Of a DNA stretch of 51,090 nt, positions 1 to 10,095 are shown piece by piece; the stretch's first letter is position 1, and the number at the start of each line of letters is the position of its first letter. Source of the DNA: an archaeon. GTDB taxonomy: Archaea; Nanobdellota; Nanobdellia; Pacearchaeales; GW2011-AR1. The notes beneath the pieces are model-generated. The model saw only the letters and a program-made list of their open reading frames with translations. It did no database searches and had not been told where the DNA came from. The stretch lies in NCBI GenBank assembly GCA_043817815.1, contig JBDRGM010000040.1, forward strand, positions 1 through 51,090, read 5' to 3'. The position numbers and the translations under genes are program-made.

Positions 1-1
1 T

Positions 2-97
2 GATACTGTTGGGGACGGGAGAGCTTTAACTGCTGTAAAAAATTATGTGTTGAATCAAGGAAGAAATGATAAAAAACTAATTAGTTATGAATTTTGA
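2..97 (+). CDS. 3' end of an unidentified CDS entering from upstream of the window (...DTVGDGRALTAVKNYVLNQGRNDKKLISYEF*)
   Basis: Open frame from the window edge to TGA at 95-97. A GC hairpin follows. No family recognised. Confidence 0.3.
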   Translation, partial: DTVGDGRALTAVKNYVLNQGRNDKKLISYEF

Positions 98-109
98 ACT
101 AACATACCC

Positions 110-123
110 CGCAGCTTGCTGCG
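110..123 (+). terminator. Perfect palindromic GC hairpin CGCAGC-TT-GCTGCG just after the upstream stop codon
   Basis: Read directly: cgcagcttgctgcg is self-complementary. It stands out in AT-rich DNA, 13 nt after the TGA. Confidence 0.25.
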
Positions 124-215
124 ATTGGGTTCTTGATTTGGAGGATTTTTTTAATTAAAATATTTTTTCCCAACACCGAATAATTTTTATATCTGTTTAC
201 ATAGAATATTATTAT

Positions 216-755
216 ATGAAATACCAGAAATATCCTCGGGAAGAAGTGTTTAGAACAAGTAACACTAGAAGGATGTATGTTCCTTTTTATTTTCTGTTTA
301 TAATATCTATAATCTTTCTGTTAATTTATCGTTTATTTGATGCTTCTTTATCTTTTGGTTTATTCTGGTATGCAATTTTAGCAATTTTTATTGGAATAAT
401 CCTCACTGAAATTCACAGATTGTACCAGTCGTATGAGATTAATCTCTTATCAGTTATTGATACGCGAGGATATTTATCAAAGAAGTCTAAAAGAATGGAC
501 CTCCTAGCTATAAGTGATATTGAAATTCATCAGACCTTTTTTCAAAGGATTTTATGTTATGGGGATATTCACATAAGTTTGATTTCAGGACAAGTAGCAA
601 AAATGACAAACATAAAAAATCCACATAATTTTGCAGGCATTATAGAAAGGAAAATGAGGAAAATAAAATCCCGTGATAATAATCTTATAGAACAACCTAA
701 AAGTGAAGTATTTGCTTTAGATGATGAGCAGTTTGTAGAAGAACACGAGGATTAG
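216..755 (+). CDS. Small membrane protein with a YdbS/YdbT-like bacterial PH (bPH_2) domain
   Basis: Two N-terminal hydrophobic helices, then LLAISDIEIHQTFFQRILCYGDIHISL, resembling the bPH_2 core. Acidic tail. Confidence 0.5.
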   Translation: MKYQKYPREEVFRTSNTRRMYVPFYFLFIISIIFLLIYRLFDASLSFGLFWYAILAIFIGIILTEIHRLYQSYEINLLSVIDTRGYLSKKSKRMDLLAISDIEIHQTFFQRILCYGDIHISLISGQVAKMTNIKNPHNFAGIIERKMRKIKSRDNNLIEQPKSEVFALDDEQFVEEHED

Positions 756-970
756 CGGTTTTTCTTTATTGCTAAGTAGAAAACCCGAGATTTTGTTAAC
801 TGAAAGAAGGTGATAAATAATCTGCTAGAGAGTTGGGAAAAATTTTCAAAAGAATTTCAATTTATGCTTATTCTAAATCTGGTGGAAATTTTTTTAGTTA
901 TAGTATTTTTGTTTAATCTCAAAACCTTTTTATACTATATTTATCTATTAATTTGAGAGGTGGAAATATA

Positions 971-2674
971 ATGGAAATATTTATAGAACTGAGCATAATT
1001 ATTGGGATAACTGTTTTAATTGCAGGGATAATGAGATTATTGAAGCAACCTTTAATAATTGGTTATATTTTTGCAGGGATAATAGTCAGTCCTTATTTTC
1101 TTGATGTTGTTCGTTCTACAGAGACAATAGCTGTGTTCTCGCAAATAGGAGTAGCACTTCTTCTTTTTATTGTTGGTTTAAGTTTAAGTCCAAGGGTTAT
1201 AAAAGAGGTTGGTAGGGTTTCTTTGATAACTGGAATTGGTCAGATTGTTTTTACGTCTTTGATTGGTTTTTTTATAAGTAGATCATTGGGATTTTCAATA
1301 ATAGTTTCATTGTATATTGCTATTGCTTTAACATTTAGCAGTACGATTATAATTATGAAGTTGCTGTCTGACAAAAAAGATTTAGAGAAATTATATGGAA
1401 AAATTTCAATTGGTTTTTTATTAGTTCAAGATATTTTTGTAATTATTCTTTTGATGATAGTTTCCTCTTTTTCAGGTAATTTAGGTATGGGTAATTTATC
1501 TTTGGGTAATATCCTTGGGGGAATTTTGTTAATTGGAGGATTTATTTTAATAAGTATTTATGTTTTACCTAATCTGTCAAAATTCTTTGCTAAATCCCAG
1601 GAATTTTTATTCTTGTTTTCAATTGGGTGGGGCTTAGGTTTGGCAGCATTATTTCATTATATTGGATTTTCAATGGAAATAGGCGCTTTAGTTGCAGGTG
1701 TTGCACTTTCTATGTCTCCTTATCATTATGAAATTAGTTCAAAAATGAGGCCTCTAAGGGATTTCTTTATTATTTTATTTTTTATTCTGCTTGGTTCTCA
1801 AATGGTTCTTGGAAACATAAGCCAGATTATTGTTCCGGCAATAATTTTTTCTTTGTTTATCCTCATTGGAAATCCTTTGATTGTTATTATATTAATGGGT
1901 TTGATTGGCTATAAGAAAAAAACAGGTTTCCAGGCAGGACTTACAGTAGCCCAGATAAGTGAATTCTCATTGATTTTTGTAGCTCTTGGAGTTAGTGTAG
2001 GGCATCTTACTGTTGAAATATTATCTCTTGTTACAATTGTGGGATTGATAACTATTTCAGGTTCTACATATCTTATTTTATATTCTGATAAAATATATCC
2101 TTATTTATCCAGATACTTATCTGTATTTGAGAGAAAAAAAATTAGAGATGACAGATTAGAATTTGAAGATTATAATTTTATTTTGTTTGGGTATAATCGA
2201 ATAGGTTATGATATTTTGCAATCTTTTAAAAAATTAAAAAGCAAGTTTTTAGTGGTGGATTATAATCCTGAAACTATTTCTGAATTATCTAAAAAGAAAA
2301 TTGAATGTAGATACGGGGATGTAGATGATGAAGAATTTTTAAATAAATTAAATTTAACCAAGACAAAAATAATTGTTTCAACAATTCCTGACTTTGAAAT
2401 AAATTTATCCTTAATTAAGCATGTTAGACAAGTAAATAAAAAAGCGATTATAATTGTTGTGTCGCATAATATTGAAGAAGCAAATACTTTTTATAATAAA
2501 GGAGCAACTTATGTTATAATGCCTCATTTCTTGGGAGGAAGCCAGGTTTCGACGATGATTAGTAAATATGGAACAAATATGAATAAATTTTTAGAAGAAA
2601 AAGAGAAACATCTCAAGCAATTAAAAATAAAAAAAGAATTGGGACATGAACATCCGAAGATTGAAAAAAATTAA
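971..2674 (+). CDS. Kef-type (CPA2) monovalent cation:proton antiporter with C-terminal RCK/TrkA-N domain
   Basis: About 12 hydrophobic segments typical of Na_H exchanger/Kef. Rossmann-like FILFGYNRIGYDI followed by VVDYNPE. The track ORF starts at a TTG (953), but the ATG at 971 is preceded by GAGAGGTGG. Confidence 0.85.
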   Translation: MEIFIELSIIIGITVLIAGIMRLLKQPLIIGYIFAGIIVSPYFLDVVRSTETIAVFSQIGVALLLFIVGLSLSPRVIKEVGRVSLITGIGQIVFTSLIGFFISRSLGFSIIVSLYIAIALTFSSTIIIMKLLSDKKDLEKLYGKISIGFLLVQDIFVIILLMIVSSFSGNLGMGNLSLGNILGGILLIGGFILISIYVLPNLSKFFAKSQEFLFLFSIGWGLGLAALFHYIGFSMEIGALVAGVALSMSPYHYEISSKMRPLRDFFIILFFILLGSQMVLGNISQIIVPAIIFSLFILIGNPLIVIILMGLIGYKKKTGFQAGLTVAQISEFSLIFVALGVSVGHLTVEILSLVTIVGLITISGSTYLILYSDKIYPYLSRYLSVFERKKIRDDRLEFEDYNFILFGYNRIGYDILQSFKKLKSKFLVVDYNPETISELSKKKIECRYGDVDDEEFLNKLNLTKTKIIVSTIPDFEINLSLIKHVRQVNKKAIIIVVSHNIEEANTFYNKGATYVIMPHFLGGSQVSTMISKYGTNMNKFLEEKEKHLKQLKIKKELGHEHPKIEKN

Positions 2675-2753
2675 AATGCGAGTGTAAACATTCAAAAGCA
2701 GAGAAGCATAAGTGATTAAAAAATATTTAAGGATAAATAGAGATTATAATAAG

Positions 2754-4232
2754 ATGATAATTAAAAAAATTAATTTAAAAGAGAAGGATTTGCTTAAAAC
2801 ACTTAATGAAAAACAACAACGTTATGTAAATTTAAATTTATCTAATCCGAAAAATGGGGAATATTTATTATGCGTTTTTCATTTTGTTCCTGGAAAAAAT
2901 TTAAATGTTTTACAAGCAGCCACAGAAATTGCAGCAGAGTCTTCAACAGGTACAAATTTCGCAGTGCAAACTGAAACCGATTTTTCTCATGAAATGAATG
3001 CTTTGGTTTACAAACTTGACTTAAAAAAAGAATTAGTCTGGATAGCTTATCCATGGAGGCTTTTTGATAGGGGAGGAAATATTCAAAATATTTTAACCTA
3101 TATAGTTGGAAATGTTTTAGGAATGAAACAAATTAATGCACTAAAATTATTAGATGTGTGGTTTCCTCCTGCAATGCTTGAACAATATGATGGTCCAAGT
3201 TATACTTTAGATGATATGAAAAAATATTTAGGAATTAAAGGAAGACCTGTTTTAGGAACAATAATAAAACCTAAAATGGGGTTAACTTCTGCAGAATATG
3301 CAGAAGTATGTTATGATTTTTGGGTTGGTGGAGGAGACTTTGTTAAAAATGATGAACCACAAGCAAATCAAGATTTTTGCCCGTATGAGAAAATGGTGGC
3401 TCATGTTAAAGAAGCAATGGATAAAGCTGTTAAAGAAACCGGGAAAAAGAAAGTTCACTCATTTAATGTTTCAGCTCCAGATTTTGATACAATGATTGAA
3501 AGATGTGAATTAATTAGAAATGCGGGTTTTGAACATGGCAGTTATGCTTTTTTAATAGATGGAATAACTGCTGGATGGATGGCAGTGCAAACCCTAAGAA
3601 GAAGATATCCTGATGTATTTATTCACTTTCACAGGGCAGGTCACGGAGGATTTACCAGACCAGAAAACCCAATTGGTTTTACTGTTTTAGTTTTATCAAA
3701 ATTTGCACGTTTAGCGGGTGTCTCGGGGATTCATACTGGAACTGCAGGAGTTGGAAAAATGAAAGGAACCCCTGAAGATGATATTATCCCTGCAAAGAAT
3801 ATTTTACATTTATTAGCCAAGGGACATTTTTTTGAACAATCATGGGCAAAAATTCCAAAAGATGATGAGGATGTTTTAAAATTAGTAAAAGAAGATTCCC
3901 ACCATCATGTGATTTTGGAAGATGATTCTTGGAGGGGAATAAAAAAGTGTGCTCCAATAATTTCAGGTGGACTAAATCCAACAAAATTAAAACAATTTAT
4001 TGATCTTGCTGGAACAACAGATTTCATAACTACTATGGGTGCAGGGGTTCATGCACATCCTAAGGGAACTAAAGAAGGAGCAACTGCTCTGGTTCAAGCA
4101 ATGGAAGCATATCAAAAGAAAATTTCCCTTGAAGAATATGCAAAGAAAAAGCCAGAATTAAGAAGGGCGATAGAATTTTTTACAAAAAAGTCAAAAATTA
4201 TAGTAGAAGCAGAGAGTATTGAAAAAAGTTGA
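2754..4232 (+). CDS. rbcL: RuBisCO large subunit, form II/III (form II-like archaeal/CPR type)
   Basis: Form II-like blocks: QRYVNLNL, AESSTGTN, IAYPWRLFDRG, GTIIKPKMGL, GGGDFVKNDEPQ (carbamyl-Lys motif), HFHRAGHG, GIHTGTAGVGKMKG, PIISGGLNP, GAGVHAHP. An extra ~30-aa segment (PKDDEDVLKLVKEDSHHHVILEDDSWRGI) lies before PIISGG. Start taken at the ATG at 2754; the track ORF opens at a GTG (2712). Confidence 0.9.
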   Translation: MIIKKINLKEKDLLKTLNEKQQRYVNLNLSNPKNGEYLLCVFHFVPGKNLNVLQAATEIAAESSTGTNFAVQTETDFSHEMNALVYKLDLKKELVWIAYPWRLFDRGGNIQNILTYIVGNVLGMKQINALKLLDVWFPPAMLEQYDGPSYTLDDMKKYLGIKGRPVLGTIIKPKMGLTSAEYAEVCYDFWVGGGDFVKNDEPQANQDFCPYEKMVAHVKEAMDKAVKETGKKKVHSFNVSAPDFDTMIERCELIRNAGFEHGSYAFLIDGITAGWMAVQTLRRRYPDVFIHFHRAGHGGFTRPENPIGFTVLVLSKFARLAGVSGIHTGTAGVGKMKGTPEDDIIPAKNILHLLAKGHFFEQSWAKIPKDDEDVLKLVKEDSHHHVILEDDSWRGIKKCAPIISGGLNPTKLKQFIDLAGTTDFITTMGAGVHAHPKGTKEGATALVQAMEAYQKKISLEEYAKKKPELRRAIEFFTKKSKIIVEAESIEKS

Positions 4233-4261
4233 AAAATAAAATTTTTTATATTTTAAAATGA

Positions 4262-4336
4262 TTGTTATTTAGATTAATTAACATTTTAATAGCTTTTGTT
4301 GCTTCTATAGCAACTATTTTAAAGTTGTACTTATTT
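4262..4336 (+). pseudogene. Relic of a P-type ATPase C-terminus (last TM helix), directly upstream of the intact ATPase gene
   Basis: Translates LLFRLINILIAFVASIATILKLYLFFL*, against the ATPase C-terminus GLINTLIAFVASLTIILAFDIM. 4285-4305 is a 21-nt exact match to 6958-6978, with looser identity extending upstream (TAATTAA...). Confidence 0.5.
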
Positions 4337-4423
4337 TTTTTGTAAAAGGTTGGTTTAGTGTTTATGATAAGTAATTTAAATAAAAAAGCTAAAATTAATA
4401 AACATAATTAGGATATATTTAAT

Positions 4424-7057
4424 ATGAAAAATTTAAAAGGTTTAACAAAAAAAGAGGCTGAGAAAAGATTTAAAGAATCTGGACCTAATGAATTGAGAGA
4501 GATTGGAAAAATTTCCCCATTAAAAATTCTTTTAAGGCAGATTAAAAATAACTTTATTATTTATTTATTATTTGCGGCGATGCTTCTTTCTTTTTTTGTA
4601 GGCAAGTCTATTACTGCATATACAATTTTAGCAGTTATAATTCTTGTAGTGAATATTGGGTTTTTTCAAGAATATAAGGCTGAAAAAGCAATCTCTGCTT
4701 TGAAAAAAATGATTATGCCAATATCTATTGTTATAAGGGATGGTAAGGAAATAGAAATCCCCTCGAGGGAGATTGTCCCGGGAGACATATTAATTTTAAG
4801 AACAGGAGAAAAAATACCTGCTGATTGCCTTATTTTAGAAGCAAAAGAATTACGAATTAATGAATCTATATTAACGGGGGAATCTCAAGAAATAAAAAAA
4901 GTTGAAGCAAAAAGTGAGAGAAATTATGAAAAAGAACATCAATTATTTATGGGAACTTTAATTGTTAATGGAAGGTGCGTAGTTAAGGTGTTACATACAG
5001 GAATGAACACTGAATTTGGAAAAATAGCAGGAATGATTTCAACTGCTGAAAAAGAACTTCCATTGCAAAAGAAAGTTAATGGCATAGCTAAATATATGGT
5101 ATTTATTGGGCTTACTGTTTCTATTTTAACCGGAATTGTAATGTTAATAAGAAGTGTCCCTTTGTCCTCTGAGTTAATAATAGAAGTCTTAATTGTTGTG
5201 ATTGCATTATCTGTTTCTGCCTTTCCCGAAGGATTTCCAGTAGTTTTAATGACAACACTTGCTTCAGGGGCATATAGAATGGCTCAGAAAAATGCGATAG
5301 TTAACAGAATGTCTATTATTGAAACTCTTGGTGAAACTACTGTTATTTGTTCTGACAAAACAGGGACTATTACTGCTGGAGAAATGACTGTAAAAAAAAT
5401 ATTTTGTGATAATAAACTATTTGAAATTTCGGGAGCAGGTTATGAAGCAACAGGAGATTTTTTATATGATAATAAGAAGATTAATGTTCAAAAGAATAAT
5501 CCATTAAATCTTCTATTAAAAGCAGGAGTATTATGCAATGATTCAAAAATTGAAAGAAAAGGAACAGATAATGAATATTCTATGAGAGGAACTCCTACTG
5601 AAGCAGCATTGTTAATTGCATCTGCAAAAGCTGGAATTTTTAGAGATGACTTACATTTTTTAAGAGAAGGAGAAATCCCATTTAATTCTGGAAGAAAAAT
5701 TATGTCTGTAGCAATTAAAGAAAAAAATGGGAACTATATATATTCAAAAGGTGCTTTGGAGATTCTATTAAAAAAGTGCAAATTTATTCAAAGAGAGGAT
5801 GGAGTTTTCACACTTCTTGAAAAAGATAAAAAGAGAATAATGAAAATGAATCAAGAATTAACTTCAAAATCTCTTAGAACTCTTGCGATTGCTTATAAAA
5901 AAGTTAAATCCTTAGACAAAGACCATTTTGAACAAGAACTTATTTTTTTAGGATTAGCCGGGATGGAAGACCCTCCAAGAGAAGAAATAAAAGGAGCCAT
6001 AAAATTGTGTTATGTTGCAGGAATAAATGTAAAAATGATAACTGGAGACAATAAAGAAACTGCTATTGCAATTGCAAAACAAATTAATCTTAAAAAAGGA
6101 GGAATTTTAGATGGTGATGAATTAGATAAACTTAGTGACAAGGAATTATTTAAAATTGTAAAGCAAACCGTTGTTTTTGCAAGAGTTAGGCCCGAGCATA
6201 AATTAAGAATTGTTCAAGCACTAAAAGAACATGGAGAGATAGTAACAATGACTGGTGACGGTGTTAATGATGCTCCTGCATTAAAAGAAGCGCATATCGG
6301 GGTTGCTATGGGCATTGGAGGAACAGATGTTACAAGAGAGGTAGCAGACTTAACTTTGAAAGATGATAACTTTGCTACAATAATTTCTGCAGTTAGTGAA
6401 GGCAGAACAATCTTTAATAATATACAAAAATTTGTTACATATCAACTCTCATGTAATTATGCGGAACTTCTTATAATATTTTTAGGAATTCTTTTAGGGT
6501 TACCCTTGCCATTACTTGCATTGCAAATTTTGTTTATGAATTTAGTTACAGATAATCTTCCCGCAATCACCTTAGGATTTAACCAGTCTTCTCAAGATGT
6601 AATGAATAAAAAGCCAAGAAAAAAATCTCACATTTTAGATAAGCAACTCATTTTATTAATTTTAATTGGAGGTACAATTATGGGTTTGATTACACTTGGA
6701 GTGTTTTATTTTGTTCTTAATATTTTAAATCAAGAGCTTGTTGTAGCAAGAACAACCGCATTAGTAACTCTTATTTTCTTTGAAATAGCACATGCTTTCA
6801 ACTTTAGGTCTTTTAGAAAAAGAGTTTTGAATCGTTCTCTTTTTGTAAATAAATATCTGGTTTATGCTTCACTAATTTCTCTATTAGCAACATCCTTAAT
6901 TATTTATACTCCTCTAAGTAAGGTATTTGAAACTTCTCCAATTGGGCTAATTAATACTTTAATAGCTTTTGTTGCTTCGCTAACTATAATACTTGCTTTT
7001 GATATTATGAAAGCGAAAAAAGGAGACTTAAGTCAGGAAAAGAAACTTTTTAGTTAG
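4424..7057 (+). CDS. P-type cation-transporting ATPase (P2-type, Ca2+/cation pump-like)
   Basis: Motifs TGES, PEGFP, CSDKTGTIT (phospho-Asp), MITGDN, TGDGVNDAPALK. Ten predicted TM segments. Confidence 0.9.
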   Translation: MKNLKGLTKKEAEKRFKESGPNELREIGKISPLKILLRQIKNNFIIYLLFAAMLLSFFVGKSITAYTILAVIILVVNIGFFQEYKAEKAISALKKMIMPISIVIRDGKEIEIPSREIVPGDILILRTGEKIPADCLILEAKELRINESILTGESQEIKKVEAKSERNYEKEHQLFMGTLIVNGRCVVKVLHTGMNTEFGKIAGMISTAEKELPLQKKVNGIAKYMVFIGLTVSILTGIVMLIRSVPLSSELIIEVLIVVIALSVSAFPEGFPVVLMTTLASGAYRMAQKNAIVNRMSIIETLGETTVICSDKTGTITAGEMTVKKIFCDNKLFEISGAGYEATGDFLYDNKKINVQKNNPLNLLLKAGVLCNDSKIERKGTDNEYSMRGTPTEAALLIASAKAGIFRDDLHFLREGEIPFNSGRKIMSVAIKEKNGNYIYSKGALEILLKKCKFIQREDGVFTLLEKDKKRIMKMNQELTSKSLRTLAIAYKKVKSLDKDHFEQELIFLGLAGMEDPPREEIKGAIKLCYVAGINVKMITGDNKETAIAIAKQINLKKGGILDGDELDKLSDKELFKIVKQTVVFARVRPEHKLRIVQALKEHGEIVTMTGDGVNDAPALKEAHIGVAMGIGGTDVTREVADLTLKDDNFATIISAVSEGRTIFNNIQKFVTYQLSCNYAELLIIFLGILLGLPLPLLALQILFMNLVTDNLPAITLGFNQSSQDVMNKKPRKKSHILDKQLILLILIGGTIMGLITLGVFYFVLNILNQELVVARTTALVTLIFFEIAHAFNFRSFRKRVLNRSLFVNKYLVYASLISLLATSLIIYTPLSKVFETSPIGLINTLIAFVASLTIILAFDIMKAKKGDLSQEKKLFS

Positions 7058-7093
7058 AATATTTTTCAGTTTTTTTAATTATTTTTTTCATAA

Positions 7094-7435
7094 TATTTAC
7101 TAAAAGACTTTCCATCGGATAAAATTAAGCTTGTTGTTTCAACGATTCCTGATTTTGAGACAAATGTTTTGTTGATTGAGGAGGTTAGGGTGGTGAATCC
7201 TGACGCAATAGTTATTGTGAGGACGCACCATTTTGGTGATGCACTTAAGTTGTATAAGGAAGGTGCTAGTTATGTTTTGACTCCACATTATCTTGGAGGA
7301 GAATATATTGCAAAGATGATTCGGCAAGATAAGGTTGATGAAAAGAAATATTTGGAGGAGAAAAAGAAACATATGGAAGCTCTTAGTGAAATGTTGAAGA
7401 GAGGGCATAAACATCCGGAGATTGAGAGGAATTGA
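7094..7435 (+). pseudogene. Truncated C-terminal fragment (RCK-C region) of a second Kef-type antiporter
   Basis: The frame is open only from the stop at 7091-7093. ...KIKLVVSTIPDFETNVLLIEEV...YVLTPHYLGGEY...KKKHMEALSEMLKRGHKHPEIERN aligns along its length with the last ~110 aa of the 971-2674 protein (KIIVSTIPDFEINLSLIKHV...YVIMPHFLGGSQ...KEKHLKQLKIKKELGHEHPKIEKN). No membrane domain or ATG start upstream. Confidence 0.7.
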
Positions 7436-7523
7436 AAAAGAAAATATTTTCAATTCATATGATAATTGGCGCTTTCTGATTAATAATTTATTATTAATTT
7501 GTGGATGTTAGTGGGAGAGTAGT

Positions 7524-8192
7524 TTATTTTTTAACCAACTCATTTTCCTCGTCGACAACTTCTGTTTCAAATCCAAATAAAGAGTAAATAAAATCAAAAA
7601 GTCTTAAAATTATTTCAAGAATTATGATGAATATTAAATAATATATCACTTGGTCAAATGAATCTGGAATTTGGTTTATCTGAGTGATAATTCTTTCAAG
7701 ATGGTGAGTTTCTGAGAAGAAATTTGGGTTTAGGACAGATATTGCAAGAAGTGTGAATGGAAGAAGTTTTGCGAGTTCTTGCGATAAGCTTTCTTTGTAA
7801 TATGCGGTTATTCTTATTGCAGCAATTACTGTTGCGGATATGACTAATATTTTTGTAATCTCTTCGCTTTGTGATAAAGCTACAAGGAAGAAAGTGAAAC
7901 ACATGAATGCTCCGAAGATTATGAAAGGTAGGATTAGAATATATTCTGCAAAATATAATGTTGCATTAGTTATTTTTGAAAGAGAAGGTTGTTGTGTTTT
8001 GTTGTATTTATTAAGGTCTAGTCCAAGAGGATTTTTTTTTGAAATAAATCTATATAATTTCCAGACAAAAATAGAATATGCTACAATGATTAATACGAGA
8101 ATGAGAAAATTAATAAAGCTTTGAGCCCATTGAGGTAGTGTTAATACTAACGCTGTATATGTTTCTAAGATGCTGTTGCTTGTCACCCCCAT
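7524..8192 (-). CDS. Hypothetical multi-pass membrane protein
   Basis: Long ORF with 5-6 hydrophobic segments. No family recognised. Confidence 0.5.
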   Translation of the reverse strand: MGVTSNSILETYTALVLTLPQWAQSFINFLILVLIIVAYSIFVWKLYRFISKKNPLGLDLNKYNKTQQPSLSKITNATLYFAEYILILPFIIFGAFMCFTFFLVALSQSEEITKILVISATVIAAIRITAYYKESLSQELAKLLPFTLLAISVLNPNFFSETHHLERIITQINQIPDSFDQVIYYLIFIIILEIILRLFDFIYSLFGFETEVVDEENELVKK

Positions 8193-8398
8193 GAAAAGAA
8201 TAAGGATGAAGGATATTTAAAAGTTTGGTCAAAAGATTTTTAAACTTTGGTTTTGTTAATAGATTATGTTGATGAATATGAGCTCAAGTTCTGTAAGTAG
8301 TTCTAGTTCCAACTAATTCAAAATCTCTTGGGATTTTGAAGTTTTTTTTGAGGTTCTTTGAGATAAATTTAAATACAAAATAAATATGGTAATATAAG

Positions 8399-9706
8399 AT
8401 GATAGATATTAAGTTAATTAGGGATAATCCTGAATTGGTAAAGGGGAATATTAAGAAAAAATTTCAGGATGAGAAGCTTGGATTTGTTGATGAAGTTAAG
8501 AGGTTAGATGAAGAGTGGAGAAAGTTGAGGTTTGACGAGGATAAATTGAGGAGTGATAGAAATAAGATTTCTAATAAGATTAATGGGCTGAAGAAAAATA
8601 ATAAGAAAGCGGATAAAGAGATTAAGGAAGCTAAAGAAATTCCTAAGAAGATTGCTAAGTCTCAGGAGGAGAGGAAGAAGCTTGAGATTAAGATTCGTGA
8701 GATGATGTATAAAATTCCGAATATAATTCATGAGTCTGTGCCTGCTGGAGAATCAGACAAGGATAATGTGGAAATAAAAAAATGGGGAAAGATTCCCAAA
8801 TTTAATTTTTCTGTTAAGAATCATGTTGAGATAATGGAGTCTTTGAACTTGGGGGATTTTGATGCTTCTGCAAGAGTTTCAGGAAAAGGGTTTTATTATT
8901 TGAAAAATGAGCTTGCTTTACTTAATCAGGCATTGATCAGATTTGGAATTGATTTTATGAAAAAGAGAGGATATGAATATATTGAGACGCCGTTGATGTT
9001 AAATGAAAAATCAGTTTACGCTTCAATGGATAAGAAGGCGATTGAAGAATCTGTTTATTCAATTGACGGTGAGGATTTGAATTTGATTGGAACTGCTGAG
9101 CAATCGTTGTTGGCGATGCATTCTGGCGACACGATTCCTGAATGGGAACTGCCGAAAAAATATTTTTCTTATTCAATGTGTTTTAGAAAAGAGATTGGGG
9201 CTCATGGAATAAATGAAAAAGGTTTGTGGAGAACGCATCAGTTTAATAAAGTTGAGCAGTTTGTTTTTTGCAAGCCAGAAGATTCTGAAAAAATTTATGA
9301 TGAACTATTAAAAAATTCAGAGGAAATTTTGAGAGAGTTAGAATTACCTTATCGTGTTTTGCAATTATGTACAGGAGATTTAGCTGACTGGAAATATCAG
9401 AGTGCTGATTTGGAAGTTTGGAGACCTACGACAAAAGAGTATGGTGAAGTTGTTTCTTTATCTAATTGTACTGATTATCAAGCAAGAAAATTAAATATAA
9501 GGTGTGTTGATAAAAAAGGGAATAGAAGAATTCTTCACACTTTGAATGACACTGCTTTAGCAACTTCTAGAATAATGGTTGCTATTTTGGAGAATAACCA
9601 GCAAAAAGATGGTTCTATAAAAATTCCTAAAGCTTTGTGGAAGTATACTGGATTTAAAGAAATAAAGATGAAGAAAAATGGTAAAAAAAAGGGGATTAAA
9701 AAATAA
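8399..9706 (+). CDS. serS: Seryl-tRNA synthetase
   Basis: N-terminal [14 protein letters not shown] coiled-coil arm. Class II motifs FRKEIGAHG...[12 protein letters not shown] and [17 protein letters not shown]. Lys-rich C-terminal tail. Confidence 0.92.
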   Translation: MIDIKLIRDNPELVKGNIKKKFQDEKLGFVDEVKRLDEEWRKLRFDEDKLRSDRNKISNKINGLKKNNKKADKEIKEAKEIPKKIAKSQEERKKLEIKIREMMYKIPNIIHESVPAGESDKDNVEIKKWGKIPKFNFSVKNHVEIMESLNLGDFDASARVSGKGFYYLKNELALLNQALIRFGIDFMKKRGYEYIETPLMLNEKSVYASMDKKAIEESVYSIDGEDLNLIGTAEQSLLAMHSGDTIPEWELPKKYFSYSMCFRKEIGAHGINEKGLWRTHQFNKVEQFVFCKPEDSEKIYDELLKNSEEILRELELPYRVLQLCTGDLADWKYQSADLEVWRPTTKEYGEVVSLSNCTDYQARKLNIRCVDKKGNRRILHTLNDTALATSRIMVAILENNQQKDGSIKIPKALWKYTGFKEIKMKKNGKKKGIKK

Positions 9707-9905
9707 CTTAGATAAATATCTTTTGTTAAGTTGGAGAAAGATTTGGATAATTGTTGTTGGGGGATTTGTTTCTATTTTGTTGCATAATGTGTTTTATGCA
9801 GTGTTTGGTTTTGAAGAGCCTGTGTTTTTTAGTATTGTTGTTTTTGTTCTTCCAATTTATTTTGTTGTTTCTGTGGGTTATAGTTTGATTAAGAGATTTA
9901 GATAA
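9678..9905 (+). CDS. Possible small two-helix membrane protein
   Basis: ORF overlapping the serS 3' end. Two hydrophobic helices. No homology recognised. Confidence 0.3.
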   Translation: MVKKRGLKNNLDKYLLLSWRKIWIIVVGGFVSILLHNVFYAVFGFEEPVFFSIVVFVLPIYFVVSVGYSLIKRFR

Positions 9906-10095
9906 TTTTAAAAACAGATTTCTGTACTATATTTTATCAAAAACCTTTGGTTTAGGTGATTTCCCTGTCAGAGGTCGAGCAATGTTCGTGAAACTCTTTC
10001 GCCCTTGGTTTTGAGCGGGCTCGGGAGTTTTGAATAAATTGCTTCACAGGAACAGGAAAGTAAGATTCAAAAAAACTGATTTGGTGTTTTGATAT

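Noticed and set aside
2842-3054. Antisense or alternate-frame ORFs inside larger genes. Examples from the track: 2842-3054, 3298-3495, 3784-3984, 7139-7453, 7696-8124, 8504-9176, 12666-12881, 13869-14159, 19369-19593, 21543-21947, 22712-22960, 26126-26425, 32096-33340, 35732-35965, 37870-38258, 41543-41737, 43254-43589, 44699-45220, 48833-49393, 50006-50236, 50507-50719
   Set aside because: Each lies wholly within a longer ORF that has clear family motifs or better coding character. Their products are Leu/Phe/Ile/Ser-rich or Lys-rich, as expected from translating AT-rich DNA off-frame.
9941-10095. GC-richer non-coding island upstream of tRNA-Asp as a possible ncRNA (5S, C/D box or a tRNA half)
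   Set aside because: It has only a small GAGC-GG-GCTC hairpin. It lacks 5S-like conserved blocks, C/D boxes and cloverleaf elements. It may be a tRNA leader or a decayed relic, and I could not support a call.
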